DNA of 64,000 nucleotides from Ophelia neglecta (Eukaryota): NCBI GenBank assembly GCA_965285935.1, contig OZ260667.1, positions 44,888,001 to 44,952,000 of the forward strand, read 5' to 3'. Shown piece by piece: positions 51,201 to 64,000 of this stretch (position 1 is its first letter; each line of letters starts with the position of its first letter). The notes under the pieces were generated by a model. It saw only the letters and a program-made list of their open reading frames with translations, ran no database searches and was not told where the DNA came from. The position numbers and the translations under genes were made by a program.

Positions 51201-53193
51201 TGTCTATACTGTCTCCAGTGGATGAGCAGAGATAATAGTGAAGATTTGAATTTGATAGTATGAACCAGTAACACATTAAATTATGCACGTGCAGTTATTC
51301 CCACAAGTTTCTTGACAAAGAAAAAATAATTTCATGCACCTTGTGCAATCAGTGGCACCTTTCAAGGAAACAACCATCATGACTTGTCATATATTACCCC
51401 ACCATGTATACATATATACTTGGTGTGGTTACTGGTAATTGCTGTGGCGCTGGCTGGAAGGTCAGAATGGGAAGTAACATGCACAGGAAATTTAATGCGG
51501 ACACTTCTGTGAATGTATCATGGCTTCAATTTGTTATTTTTTCAGTATTTTGTTAGTTTTAATGGCTTCAGGGACTGATTGAAACATGAAGAATTTTGAA
51601 TCATTTCGCAGGAGTTTTTCATTAGTGATGAATAAAAGTACTTCATCTAGTCAGAGAGGTGTACACATCTCTGGTCTAGTGGATGAATTTCTGTGGAGTT
51701 TTCCTCCTTCTCTTGTGACTACTGTAGTGACACTAAGACTTGAGAGCCATATTTCACCATACAGTCAAGAGGTATGCTGGAGTTGTGAGCACACTTCGCA
51801 CAGATTAAATATGAAGAAAGCGTGGGAGATCGAGGAGGCAAAAAGCAAAGCCACAGTCTAGCGATTTTTGATGCAAGAGTGAATAACAACCTATGCTTCC
51901 TTTAAGTCCTTCCTTGGCAGGAAACACTTTGTAATTCCTAGAACCCACGAAAAAGATGAGGAACAACAAGCAGAACGTATAGAAACAAAAGTAAATTATC
52001 ACTACCAATCAGCAAGCCTTGCGGTCCATTTAAGCATTAGAACATCCCTATTCAATTCAAATTTTGATTCCTTAGTTTACAAAATAATACACCTTATTAA
52101 TATACTTGTGCATATATCTCTTGCCCTTCACAAACATGAAAAAAATGATAAAATTATGGTCATGTGATGTTTTAGTCCAGCAGCTGGATAATTGGTAAAG
52201 TTTAGTATAATGGGTATTCACAAACGATAATTGCCGATGAGAACCTTGCATCTAACATTACATACTTGTACACTTTTTACCCTAAGATGCACTATAAAAC
52301 ACATGGTTTAAAATGGTACCAAAGTAATAAAACTCAAAATGGCTAACTTTTTTCAAGTAATATTAATATTACTGTAATTTCTAACAAAAACTATTTGAAA
52401 AATAAGGTGTCAATCAACTTTAAAAAAAGCCATTTTAATACATTTTTTTAAATATGTTATTATTAGGTACTCAAAGTCACTACTAACATCCAAATTTGTA
52501 TAACATTGTAGCTGGTTATCTATTCAACCAATAAATTAAAGAAATATTTGGGTCAGCTTACTCTGGAGGGTTTGAAATTGCACTCCTCTGTTTTATATGG
52601 TCATTTTTGCCAGTAATTTAGCCATTTTGGGTCAACCTACGCTTAAACTAGTTGTATTGATTAAATAGATACTCAAGTACAATATGCCAAACAACTGGAT
52701 TTTTGTAAAGACTTTAGGATGTCTCAAAAATAGCTTTTTATAAAAAAAAATAGGTCGAAATGGGAAAATAATAAAATTATTGACCCAAAAATGACCCCTG
52801 AAAATGAAAAAATAGATTTAAGAAAATTATGCAGGGAAACTCCTTTATACAAACAAGCTGTGGTAGAAATAACCAATTTGTTAATATACGAACTGAAAAA
52901 AAACACCCCTCTTCCAGTTTTACTATTGTTCTTTTTCAACCTCCTTAATGATTACAATATCATTTCATTTAGTTTCAGGGCAATCATATTATTATGATGG
53001 ATAATTATTTCAGTGTATCAAATTTCCACCAACACTTGAATCTTAGTCTTTTTTTTGTCATTAGCCGGTCCCTGATAATGTTCTACAAGAAACCTATCAG
53101 ATTTCTTAGGTGGTTTCCAATAAAGTAGAAATGATACAAAAATCAGCTTGCTTACATAATATTAACCAAGCTTGTATAACCTGCCCACACAGA

Positions 53194-53839
53194 GCCAAAG
53201 CGTGGCCGAGTGGTTAGGGCGTCTGCCTCGCAAGTGGGAGATTGGGGTTCGAACCTCGATCGCGTCAAACCTAAGACATAAAAATAGGTACTAATAGCTC
53301 CCCTGCCAGGCGCCCGGTATTTCGGGGACAGAATCAGGACTGGTCAACCCGGTGTCAGTATAATGTGACTGGGTCGGGTTCCCTGTCTGGTGTCTACGGC
53401 AGGTACTCCAGTGAGGCAGCACTATAAAGAGGGCATCCGGGGGGGGGGGGGGGGGCACTCTGTATACTGAGGTTATTACATATGTGCCGCCGTTTCGACC
53501 CCCCTTTTTCGACCTATGTAGAATTTCGAACCCTGTTTTTTACCTACATGTAGAATTTCGACCCCTGTTTTTAGCATATGTACAACTTTTGATTGAAATG
53601 TAGAATTTCGCCCCCTATATTTGGTTGAAATATAAAATTTCTTGCTGAAATGTAGAATATCGACCCCTGTTTTCAGCAATTTTGTAGAGTTTGCGCCTTT
53701 GATTTGAAGACTGGGCGGCACATATGTACCAATTTCCAGACTGAGTGCCCCTCCCCGGGGAGGGCATTGAGCCCACTGTCACAAGTAGGTACAGTGGCAA
53801 TATGACCGATAAGTAAAACCCCAAACAACAACAACAACA
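53194..53839 (+). mobile_element. Full-length tRNA-derived SINE with (CAA)n tail, interrupted by a MITE
   Basis: A and B boxes, same family as 20811. TSD ACACAGAGCCAA at 53187-98 and 53840-51. Confidence 0.9.
53437..53759. mobile_element. MITE with CCGGG(G)nCACTC termini nested in the SINE
   Basis: TSD GAGGGCAT at 53429-36 and 53760-67. TIRs ccggg...gcactc / gagtgcccctccccggg, inner IR acatatgtgccgcc, tandem atgtagaatttcgacccc units. Confidence 0.85.
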
Positions 53840-55712
53840 ACACAGAGCCAATAACCTAAAAGATATTAGCTCTGCCTGCGACATTCACTCCATGCACAGC
53901 AACACTCCTTGCACCTTATCAGTTCTGTATGCTCCCCCCACTTCACCAGGCAAGGGAGATATTCACGCATGCACTATAGCTCCATTTACAAAGTTCCTTC
54001 CATGTTATATTTCTAAAAGTATCCAATGGTCTAAACTTTAGTAGAATTCCTCCAAAATGACAACGAGGATATCATTCTAAGACCATTAACGCAGGAATAG
54101 TCTATATCAGAGAGAATGTTACAGGCGTGCGGGGAAGCAACAGAGATGCAGCTGAAGATGCCAACTGGAATTTGTTTTAGATTCGTGGTAGGGAATGGCA
54201 ACATTTCTGGGAGATTAGCTGCTCGTGGAAAGAACGTACATTTATACCAAGCTCTTCTTTGAGCCTTTCACAATTTCTCCCAAATGAGAAAATGATTTGC
54301 GATTGTTAATTTTCACATGCGATTGTTTTTTTACTCTTTTGGCATGCACATCACAGATCATGCATCGACTGAGTTTCCCATTGGGCCCCGGTTCCTTCAG
54401 TGTTTCCATATTTAGTAGATACGAATCTTACTTATCAACATGGCGCAAATGCACAGCATACTGGATAATATATTAATGAGGTGCACTGGAAACTGCTTGT
54501 GATTAGCCAGCAAAATTTTGGGAGGACTAAACTTTCCGACACGATTTTTTTGCTCACAGCATGCTCAATATGAAACATGGTCACATAATGGCAGTGGTTA
54601 GTGAAAAACATAAATATAATCATTGTGAGCAGGGTAAGGCTGTATGGCTGAGGGAAATAACATATAACTGCTTGCTGAGGCCATGTTAATCATTGTTTGC
54701 TCATATTACCACCACATCCCACATAGCAGGCCAAAATTTGTTTTTACATTTGTGTATCAATTATGATTAAATGATAATAGCACAGCAATACAAGAGGGGG
54801 GGAAGGGGCAATATAACTTAATTAAGGCACTTAATTTTGTTTGAAAAATGTGATAAGAACTCTCTGTTCCCACCCAACACCTATTCCATCTAAGCTAATT
54901 TGAAACCACATGTAGATTGAAAGTGCAGAGATATGAAATATGAGAATTCCTTTGCATTTCAGAGGTGGAAGCTTGTTTGACATATCACTATAAACGGTTT
55001 ATAGTGTGTTTATATAAACAAGTTCTAATTGAGCTGTCAAACCAGAGTTGTCACCCACAGTGTAGACCGTTTCTGAGGTGCTACAATCCCCCATGCAGAA
55101 CCTGTAAACGTCACTATAGGCCTGTAACACATATAGGCCTATGTGTTACGCATATATATAGTATTAATGCAATGTGTTTATATTACATAATGAGACATCA
55201 ATAAAATCCAGGCGGGTTATTTTCTTTCTTGCTGCTACAAACGCTACTCCCAATAACATGAGAAGAACATTAATTTGTTTGAACATAAACATGAGCATGT
55301 GACAGCAACCACTCTCAGCCACCGTATCTTAACACACTGTTTTAATAGATGTTCAGTGGTCTGACATTCCCACAACAATTTCATACACACTATAAACAAC
55401 GTTTCCACGAAGATACCACGTGTAGCCGTGAAGCCACAAAACCAACACTGTGCACACAGCCCCGACCACTATGTATGATAGCCTAAAACGTGCCAGTCCT
55501 ATCAGAAATGAATTGAGGAATGACCTAATTTTGCGCGAAGCTACAGCTATAAAATGATAAAGTACCGTACCCACCATTGATAAACTGGTGCCGTGGCAGC
55601 TTGCAATTGCACATTGAAGTTTCAATCCACTTTCATTAGTTTACAATCCAAAGAGAACACAATATAATCCAACACTGGAGTTGTTAAGCAAGCTGCAAAC
55701 AAGAAACCTTAC

Positions 55713-55890
55713 ATGTGTTGTTACAGAAGAACAGCAGCCTTTTGGTGCAAAAATCACTTGATAGATAGCAAAGCACTGCAGCATGCAGGTCACCTACTTT
55801 CCATGCACTAACCACCGTCTGGCAGGCACTCACGCCCGGGACAGATGCTCCTCGCGGCTATAAATATACGCCTCCGCTAACTGATTGGCG
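55713..55890 (-). promoter_or_regulatory. Candidate promoter and non-coding first exon of the secreted-protein gene
   Basis: CpG-rich patch. Minus-strand CCAAT (55884-88), TATATTTATA (55859-68), Inr-like TGAGT about 30 nt downstream, donor ACAT|GTAAGG at 55712. Confidence 0.45.
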
Positions 55891-56226
55891 CGCGTCGTCC
55901 TGCACTCTGAGGTGTCTACAAGGGGTAAAAAAGACCATAGGCTCCTCGAGAACGGGGGTGCTCGCTCTAAGCTTAAAAATCTTATCATGAATAGCCCAAA
56001 TATGTTAGAGTTTACCAAAGTTGATAAAAGCAAAAATGTGAAACATCGCCATTGATAAGGGCAAAACTTTCATTTTGTAAAAAACTGATTTCTCTCCGAA
56101 AACTAGGCTTCAAAAACTAGCCCAAATTAAGCGCCCAAAAATCGACCATCGCATGGAGTGAAGAATGCCCGTCGGACGTTTAACCCCCCCCCCCCCTCCA
56201 ACCACCCCGTCCACCCCCGGTATGTA

Positions 56227-57399
56227 GGGACACTCGGGCAAGATGGGCCTGTTAAGCCTAAACGCTTTGCCATCGGAATAAATATTTAGTCGGCCAATAA
56301 ATGGCTTTAGTCGATGCATGTAGCGTTTGTCTTTTGATGTGTGCCTTTTTCCTCCTCATAATTAACTGATTGGCCTAGCAGGAGGGGGAATGTTCATCTA
56401 TCAGAATAAGTCCATCGTAATCTTGTCTTTCGCGCAAGACAGGTCATTTGCAAAGTCCCAATTAAGCAAACTTTTACGCCTCTATAGGCTTATAGGCCTA
56501 TTGCGTTTTAAAATAATACCTAACCTCGACTTATTTGGATTTTTTTTTCAGTGCTTTCTAAATAATGTTTGGGACTAATGTAATAATTGTTTACTTCCTA
56601 CTTGGCCCTAGAATAGAAGTTTGAAATAACCCCGCCCCTTTAAAACCAGACATTAGCTACATATCAGCATTGAGAAGATGGGGTTGCTTGGCCACCTCAG
56701 CAGAGAAGCAAGGTGCATGATAAAAATAAGTGTTCTGCTCATGAAGATGACGTACTTATTCTGAATTGATCATTGTCAGAGGTTGTGCTCAGATGTCACA
56801 AGTCACTCAATGGCTTTTAAAGGTATCATTAAATCCAATTTCCTTACTTGTGGTGTACACGCGTGACACTGTAGGGTGGTCCATCTCGCAAGGTCCAACT
56901 TGGTTAAATGCAGCTCCCGAGGTAGCTCATGAAATGATCTGGTTTGCTGATGCTGTAACCACTAACGCAATCCAACCGCCATCTTGATCTTTAATTTTGT
57001 TTTTTCCTCATTAAATGATCCCGCATAATAGGCGCCTAAGGATTCCCACCAGAAGAAGAACAAATAAAACATCTACATTGATTCCTTAGATAAATGTCAC
57101 AGCGCATTAAGCAAAAATGACGTTTAGAAACGCAGCCCCCCCCCCCCCCCCCTAACTAAATATAAACGATTTACCAGTTCATTTGAAGCTTCTATCACAT
57201 TCTCCCCGTCAATTGTATGTCCACAGCCTCGACACAATCTTGTTAACGAGAGTGCAGTGGGGCAATAACAGCCGAATAGACCGACTGACAATAGGCCTAT
57301 ATGCATAGGATATATGTTGGGTGGGACCATTTGTCAATTAACTACGTTTTAAAACCTGTGATCAGTCTTGCCCGGTGATCCATCTTGCCCGGGTGTCCC
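56227..57399. mobile_element. Old pogo/Tc1-like non-autonomous element
   Basis: Inverted pair gggacactcgggcaagatgg / ccatcttgcccgggtgtccc, with an extra subterminal tcttgcccg copy. Exact ends uncertain. Confidence 0.55.
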
Positions 57400-59149
57400 A
57401 TAGCGATCACCACCTCACGGGGCCCCCAGATGTTTCACTTAAGCAAAGACCTTTTCAGTAGGTACTTTAACCATAAAAGGGACCCGGTTCTAAAACATGT
57501 AAATCATACGTGTGGTTTATTTAAATCATTAGTTCAGTCCAGATCAGAGGGAAAACCTATGTAAGAATGTTTAAATTCGTTCCACTAGATCCACTCTGTC
57601 TATGCGGGGATGTTTACCCATGCATGCTCTTACTGATTTTCGCGGCCAAATTAAGTGTTGTTTTCCGCGCAGGCATAGGTTGGAGGGGGAGGGGGGTCAT
57701 TTCGTGCCATATGATTAACCTTCAGTGATCTGTTTAAAAATTTCAAAACCTCCTGATAGATTGTTCATAAAAGTAAATTTTCAACATTTCGGAACATTTA
57801 TTTAAGAGGGTATATATAGTATTGATCATTGGAATACATTTGAAAGGATCTCATTATGGTCAGAACAGATCGTAGCAAGCGATCATTTCAAACAAAAAAA
57901 AACTTCGGAAAACAATTGATGGTGTAAAGAAAATCTAAATTATTTATCATTTTACCTACAGGTAAGATCTTAAGATTATGTCATTGGAGATCCACAGACT
58001 ATGTTAACTTGCTGAAGGTTCCAGAAATAAGTTGTAAATCGTCCCACGCGCTCTATTGACAGAACAGTTGAGTGAGCATATCATCCTATCCAATATTATC
58101 GACGTGAAACACCAATTCGCCCTTTCGGTTGCGAATGGATGTGCCCGAAATTTTCATCAGTTTTCGCCTAAATCGGTCAACTGACAAGAACCAATTTCAG
58201 GTTAATACCAATGTTTTTTAAGTATCTGATTACGGCAGGATCGTCGAACTGTTTACGGCTTCGCCACACCCACATTGTGCTCATGTTAGCGACACATCTC
58301 TCGCGGCCTCCCTCACGCGTACGTGGGCAGTGTTTACAAGCATGTTTATACGAAGTTAGTATAATGTTACATGGATTGGAGTCGTGTTTGCTTTAGGCGT
58401 ATTTTAGGGCGATTGGCAGAGGTTGTGTTTGGTGCCATTTCTTCTGCAGTTCTGGGCTTGCTTTAAAGGGGGTAGTCATTTACTATAGATGGGGGTCTTG
58501 GGGGGCGGGGGGAGGGGTGGGGGTTAAAGTATTGTGTCAGCATGAGATGGGATGGGGGGGGGGGTCACAAAATTGTGACACCCTCTTAAGGGGGAGAGGT
58601 AAAAAACCAAAGCACCTATCAAAATTAATTTATGGTGGAAAGTACAAACATTTTTTTCCGCAATAATATTCATTTCATTCCATGTAACATATTTTTATTC
58701 AACTTTGGAACTGCCAATATTAGTTGTACTTCAGCAGTGGCCAGTCCATATACGGGTCGAGTTTTTTCTTTATTCAAAAAAAAAGGTTGTGGGTTCGAAT
58801 CCAAGTCAACCACCCAACAACAAAAAAATAATTGGAAAATCTACACCCACAAAACTTAACTTTGAAAAAATGGCAGGGACGGGGTTTTGGTAGGATAGGT
58901 GAGTGTTGTGTTGTCTGGACAGTACGGCTAGGGAGTGTTGAAGCGTGGGGGGGGGGGGAAGATGAAATGGTAGGGACAGGTCTCTATTAAATTTGTTTCT
59001 TATCAGCATCAAGGTATATATAGCTGCTATCAAAATACATATTGTATCACAGCACAAAACAGTGTCCCATTTATACTCACTAACCTGGGCTGCATTGAAA
59101 TGTGTTACACACTAACAATTCGTTGCTGTACTTTAAAAGAGAAGTCTCA

Positions 59150-59610
59150 ATGTTCAACCTCCCTAAAATGACTAGGCTATTCAAAAGATGATTTTAAGAC
59201 TAGTAAAGTCCTGAGTAATAAAGAAAATATCAGTTTGCGAATATTGCTTGTCAAATTAAGGAGTGACCATTTCATCAAGGATTATTCTGGAAACAAATTG
59301 CAGCAAACCGTTTGTGATTTTTTGAGTTGTACTAAAAACAACTGAGCATATTTTGTTAAAATGTAACAAGTATAGCATATACATGATATTAATCTATACC
59401 ATATAACAAATAAGGAAAAAATCAAATTATATTGACAGGACACTCTTCAGAAGTACGTTCTTGTATAAAAAAAAAGTACTGTAAATGACTATTATAAATG
59501 AAAAAATAAACTTTATTAATTTATAATTATATTTTTGTCAAGAAGCCTGTATTCGTAACTTATGGCAAGATGCACTGTAATCCATTTGACCAAATAAACA
59601 TGAAATGATG
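59150..59610 (+). mobile_element. Decayed LINE 3' end
   Basis: Remnants LRILLVKLRSDH, VCDF and TEHILLKCNKY (CCHC region), followed by AATAAA and a short atga-like tail. Confidence 0.5.
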
Positions 59611-59619
59611 TTTTATCAT

Positions 59620-59868
59620 GTACCCAATCGCGATTGGAGCAAGCTGCAGCGAAAATGTTTGGTTACTACTCTGTCAACTCTGCACGAGCTCTGCCATCAC
59701 AGTGAGGCACGGCGGTTTATGACTCCGTCTGGTGTGCACTTTGATTGCTAAATGGCTGTCACCAGACGGCGTACAGCGTAGGTCATGTGATGCTGGGAGG
59801 AAACAAACAAAGCAGTCGAAATCGCAGAAACAGAAGTTACTGGGAAGATTACAAAGTAATGGTACACG
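59620..59868 (+). promoter_or_regulatory. Candidate arylsulfatase promoter and 5' UTR exon
   Basis: Palindromic double CCAAT (CCAATCGCGATTGG, 59624-37), M-box/CLEAR-like GTCATGTGAT (59782-91), CpG enrichment, strong donor ACG|GTAAGT at 59869. The coding exon at 61302 has an acceptor that needs an upstream exon. Confidence 0.55.
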
Positions 59869-60682
59869 GTAAGTCGGAAATTATAATGCACATTTATCAA
59901 CTAACTGACTTGCCCGACAATGATCATTGAAGTTTATTAGCTTTCGTGAAACTGACACATTGCAGAAGAATTTTCGGACACCGGTGCTTTTGGTTGCTTT
60001 GCATACATATAGGACAATGTAGGCCATATCTCAGTGCCCTGAACTGCTGAAAATTTAAATTGTTCAAATTATAGTCATGAATCATACCATATTAAACCAA
60101 TTAAATGGTGACTTCAGGACATTGCAACAGCTAACGTTGCTCTACGGCCAATTCGGGGTTAGTTGGCTGTATGTGGGAGTGTAAAAATATAGCTTTTGGG
60201 AGTCAGGGGCTGTCATCTCACAAATATTGAATATTGAATTGCGATTCAGTTAATTGCAACCCTTATATTTTTCCCAACATGCTTTTATATAGCATACCTG
60301 GTGGAAGTCAATGATGAGTGCATTGAGGAGGACAATTCCTTGGGTCGGAAGGGGCAGTGGGGGGGGGGGGATGATCAAACGTGACCATGTACGAGCACCC
60401 TTCATTATCAGGAGAGTTCCCCAGTTTTCTTGGGACATAGTCTACATCATTCCAGGAGTGCATCCTTGGACAGGAGTGTCCTCCAGGGTGCACATGCACC
60501 CATTATGTTCAGTGCTCAGGAGAATGTGGGCTCTGGAGATTGCACACTAAAATTAATCAGTACCCCAAACCTAATACAATTAGTTACATCTCATGTACCT
60601 TTTATCTCGTATTTGTTATTTGTGTCTCAAACATGCAAAAATATATATCAGATTTTTTAGGTTATGTCCAGTGTGCTACTAA

Positions 60683-61062
60683 TAGGGCTGCATACCGGTA
60701 TCCGATACTACCGGTATTGTATCAGATTTGAGGTATTGGTATCGTCTTAGTTTTGAACTGACTATTTCGATACTGCAATACAATACTTTTTTGATGCAGA
60801 AGGGTTGAAATTAGAATGTAGGACATAGAAATTATGTAGCTTTACAAACATTTTCCTTGTATTCAGTATATTTTGTTAAAGCTCTAGTTATGCATTTTGA
60901 AATGGTTTGAAACAAAATTATTATGCAGCCATTCACCTCTTTTCTCTTGGAACACTGTCTATTTAAACCAAAAATGTGTCAGTATTGGTTGAGTTTTTGT
61001 ATTGCCATCGTTTTACAAGTATCAGTATCAAATCCTTTCAAATCAAAGGGTATGCAGCCCTA
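60683..61062. mobile_element. hAT (Ac-like) MITE
   Basis: Perfect 14-bp TIR TAGGGCTGCATACC, 8-bp TSD GCTACTAA/GCTATTAA, gtatc/gatac subterminal repeats. Confidence 0.85.
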
Positions 61063-61319
61063 GCTATTAAGTACTTCCTTATAAAAGTGAGGTACAGTAC
61101 TTAGGGTTTAACCAATTTTCAGCCCTATATGAGAAATTATGGTGACATCAGTGTAAAGACAGATATCAAATGGTTTGTTGTGTAATTGCTCAGTACCAAG
61201 TGTCAGTGGCAGCTTGTGGCCTAGCCACCTTTAATATGGTGATCAATATCACATGTGCATTCAATCAGCATAAAATTCAATGATTTCTATTTTTTCCTCA
61301 GGGTCATGATATTAAAGTC

Positions 61320-61445
61320 ATGAGACAAACACAGAAGATGGGAGGCCTGCTGCTAACTGCCTTAGTGTTTTCATGTGTTACATTAACACTGACACAAACA
61401 CAGAGTACCAAACCCAACATTGTCTTCATATTAGCTGATGACTTG
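61320..61445 (+). CDS. ARSB: Arylsulfatase B-like (ARSB/ARSI/ARSJ family), coding exon 1
   Basis: Signal peptide then KPNIVFILADDL. Acceptor at 61301, donor GTAAGT at 61446, phase 0. Confidence 0.93.
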
Positions 61446-62579
61446 GTAAGTGTAGGAGGATACAGGAAACTCATTGAGCAGCCTGTTTACTCACAGGGGC
61501 TTGTGTCAGCAACTCAGCATACATCTACTGACACAAGGCCCTCTGTATTTACTATATAATTACTAGAGGAATATACTGGTATACAAATGGCTGTTATTGA
61601 TTGGCTATCCTAAAAAAAACTGGTAGTAATGGCTGATAAGGAAGATTTCAAACCTAAGTAGAGTGTCTTTTTGTCCTGGGAGATATACATGTACATGCAG
61701 CAGCTGGTAGAGCCAGTCTCTTTTTGTAATAATCATATTTCACCTTTCTTGCTGGATTCTCAATACCTACATCTAAAATAATTGCATTGTTAAAGATGAC
61801 AAATTATATATCTGAAAGATGTTAATGAAATAATTCCAAGTTTGCCTGTAAGTAATTAGTAATGCACCCCTTTGGTCATCAGCAGTGTCCACCACACCAG
61901 TCCCTTGGTTTAATGTATAGAAGATTGACTGCCTCTATGTACATTCAAATAATATACTATATTTAAAAGAAAAAAATCCCTTCCGCTTAAAATTGCCACC
62001 ATAATATTTTACAGTGCTTATATATGTCACTTAGATGCTGGTTCATCAGAATTTTTCTCACTTTTTTGAAAAAGAATGTACCGGTACAAATGTTCTCGGA
62101 TTTGATAAATACTTTGCGACATGGGAATGAAGAATTGTCTCTTTGTGAATATTCTGCAAATGGCTAAAGGTTGTATTTGTTGTTCAAGGTGCACTATTTA
62201 TATTTTTGGCAGAATTGTAGAAGTAAAATGCCTTAAAGTGAGGGTTCATTAAATAATGGTAATTGGTAAATGTGTGATAATATTTACTATTATTACCCGT
62301 ACTAGTCCTGAGTTTGAACTGGGGAGAGGAAATAGCAGTTGCAATAGACATCAGATTATAAGTACCATATACATGTGTACATGAGATTAGAATAATTTCA
62401 TTTAAAACAAATCAATATTTGGCAAAGTTCACATTATATTTTACAGCATGTGAACTGGTAAGAATTATTCCATGGCTAAGTTGTCTTCAGGTGTATTTGC
62501 TTTCTCCGTGTTATTAAGTTTCTCCTTTATGATTAAAATCGCAGTAACCATTAAGGGTAAGAGGCTTTTTTACCTCCAG

Positions 62580-62739
62580 GGCTGGGACGATGTGAGTTTC
62601 CATGGTTCCAATGAGATCCCCACTCCAAACCTGGATGCCTTGGCATACGACGGTATCATACTGGGTAACTACTATGTTCAGCCGATCTGTACCCCGACAC
62701 GCAGTGCGCTGATGACAGGCAGACACCCTATACATACTG
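62580..62739 (+). CDS. ARSB: Arylsulfatase B-like, coding exon 2
   Basis: GWDDVSFHGSNEIPTPNLDALA...YYVQPICTPTRSALMTGRHPIHTG contains the CxPxR formylglycine motif. AG/GT boundaries, phase 0 to 1. Confidence 0.95.
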
Positions 62740-63614
62740 GTTTGTATAAATCTTCTGAAAAATGTGTACCAACCAGCTGGTATAATATAAATTCCAAAAC
62801 AGTGCCAGCTTCTTTATTTTACTACCAAAGTACCACCAATATGACTCTTTTAATAAATATAGGTAATAGCAAACTGTAAAGAATAATTTTGTTTTTATCA
62901 AAATTGAAAAATTCAAACTTTAATTTCCTAGTGAGAACATTTCAAAGGTTGTTTGTCATGTATAAACACTGGTGATTACATTTTTCTCTTATTTATTAGC
63001 CAACAAATGTTGAAAAATTAAACAGGGGCAGTTGGTGATAAGCTACTGTCTAGGTTGTTTTGGGACTGCTATTACCCATGTCATTATTTGCCAATTTCAC
63101 TTCAAATTATTTTCTTGTCATGAATAATATATAATCTAATTATTCTTTTTGACTGAAAAAGACTGAGGTGAATGAAACCTTTCATTGTACCTTCCCATGG
63201 TTGGGCCACCACTAGGGGTGTATAGATCAATAGTTTGTGTATGCATGCATTTATGTTGTGCATAAGAATAGGAGACAAAATTCAATGGGGGGGGGGGGGG
63301 GGGGGGTTGGGAATGGTTTGTACAGGCTGGGATGAAAAGGTATCAGGGAAATTTAGCTTTTTCATTAGGATGTTTGATTTGATTTGCAGCTTGGGGTGTG
63401 TGTTTGTCTGGGGTGTGGATGGGATTGGGGTGATGTTTCGTGATAATATAAAGTCAGACGGGTTGATGAGAATAGTCAGGTCACTTCAGCTTAAGGGAGA
63501 AACTCATTTCTAAACATCTTATTCTCATTGTTGTCATACATGATGTTCTGATCTATGTTTTATGACGTCCTCCTTCTGTTAATCCCAAGTTTACTCAACT
63601 AAATTCATGTAAAG

Positions 63615-63727
63615 GCATGCAGAGGAATGTGATTGTGTCTAGCGAGCCCTACGGCCTAGGTCTGAACGAGACTCTACTACCTGAGTATCTCAACACTCTC
63701 GGATACAGCTCACACATCGTAGGAAAG
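63615..63727 (+). CDS. ARSB: Arylsulfatase B-like, coding exon 3 (gene continues past the window)
   Basis: GMQRNVIVSSEPYGLGLNETLLPEYLNTLGYSSHIVGK, sulfatase signature 2. Donor AAG|GTAGGT. Confidence 0.93.
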
Positions 63728-64000
63728 GTAGGTACTACATACTGTTGCTGAGTGTCTTTTTAAAAAACTATTATAAATGTAAAAAGTCATTCAATTTCAC
63801 TGAACCCATGTATTGCCTGCCTGGCACAAGTTTGTCAGTCCGAATCTTAATGTTAAGCATTTTTCATGCCTATCTGCCTATGAATACAGGGTAAAATAGT
63901 GTAACAATTAGACATTTCCACTATCTGTGTCTAGTTGCTATGCATTGGTTCACATTTCACATGTAATGTGCAGATATGTTTAAAAAAAAATCACCATTCA

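Overview
AT-rich eukaryotic DNA, most likely a marine invertebrate (inferred from spliceosomal introns, LINE/SINE/Helentron-type repeats, and frequent TACATGTA and poly-G/C runs). Two host genes point away from each other. (1) A minus-strand gene the ORF track misses: four phase-compatible coding exons (38655-38547, 17906-17804, 15272-15104, 12331-12188) splice to a 174-aa protein with a signal peptide. Its C-terminal ~110 aa resemble, by recalled motif pattern only, bacterial polymorphic-toxin RNase domains. A candidate non-coding first exon and promoter lie near 55.7-55.9 kb. (2) The first three coding exons of a plus-strand arylsulfatase B-like gene (61320 onward, CTPTR motif). The rest is a set of mobile elements with readable termini and target-site duplications (TSDs): a young 5'-truncated LINE nested in an older LINE, a Penelope fragment with a minimal hammerhead-like motif, a Harbinger deletion derivative, P-, hAT- and Tc1-type MITEs, two Helentron-type elements (HINEs), two tRNA-SINEs and three minisatellites. 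A very young 2.07-kb CAC...GTG transposon has 179-bp terminal inverted repeats (TIRs) and carries a six-zinc-finger gene facing a second, truncated gene.
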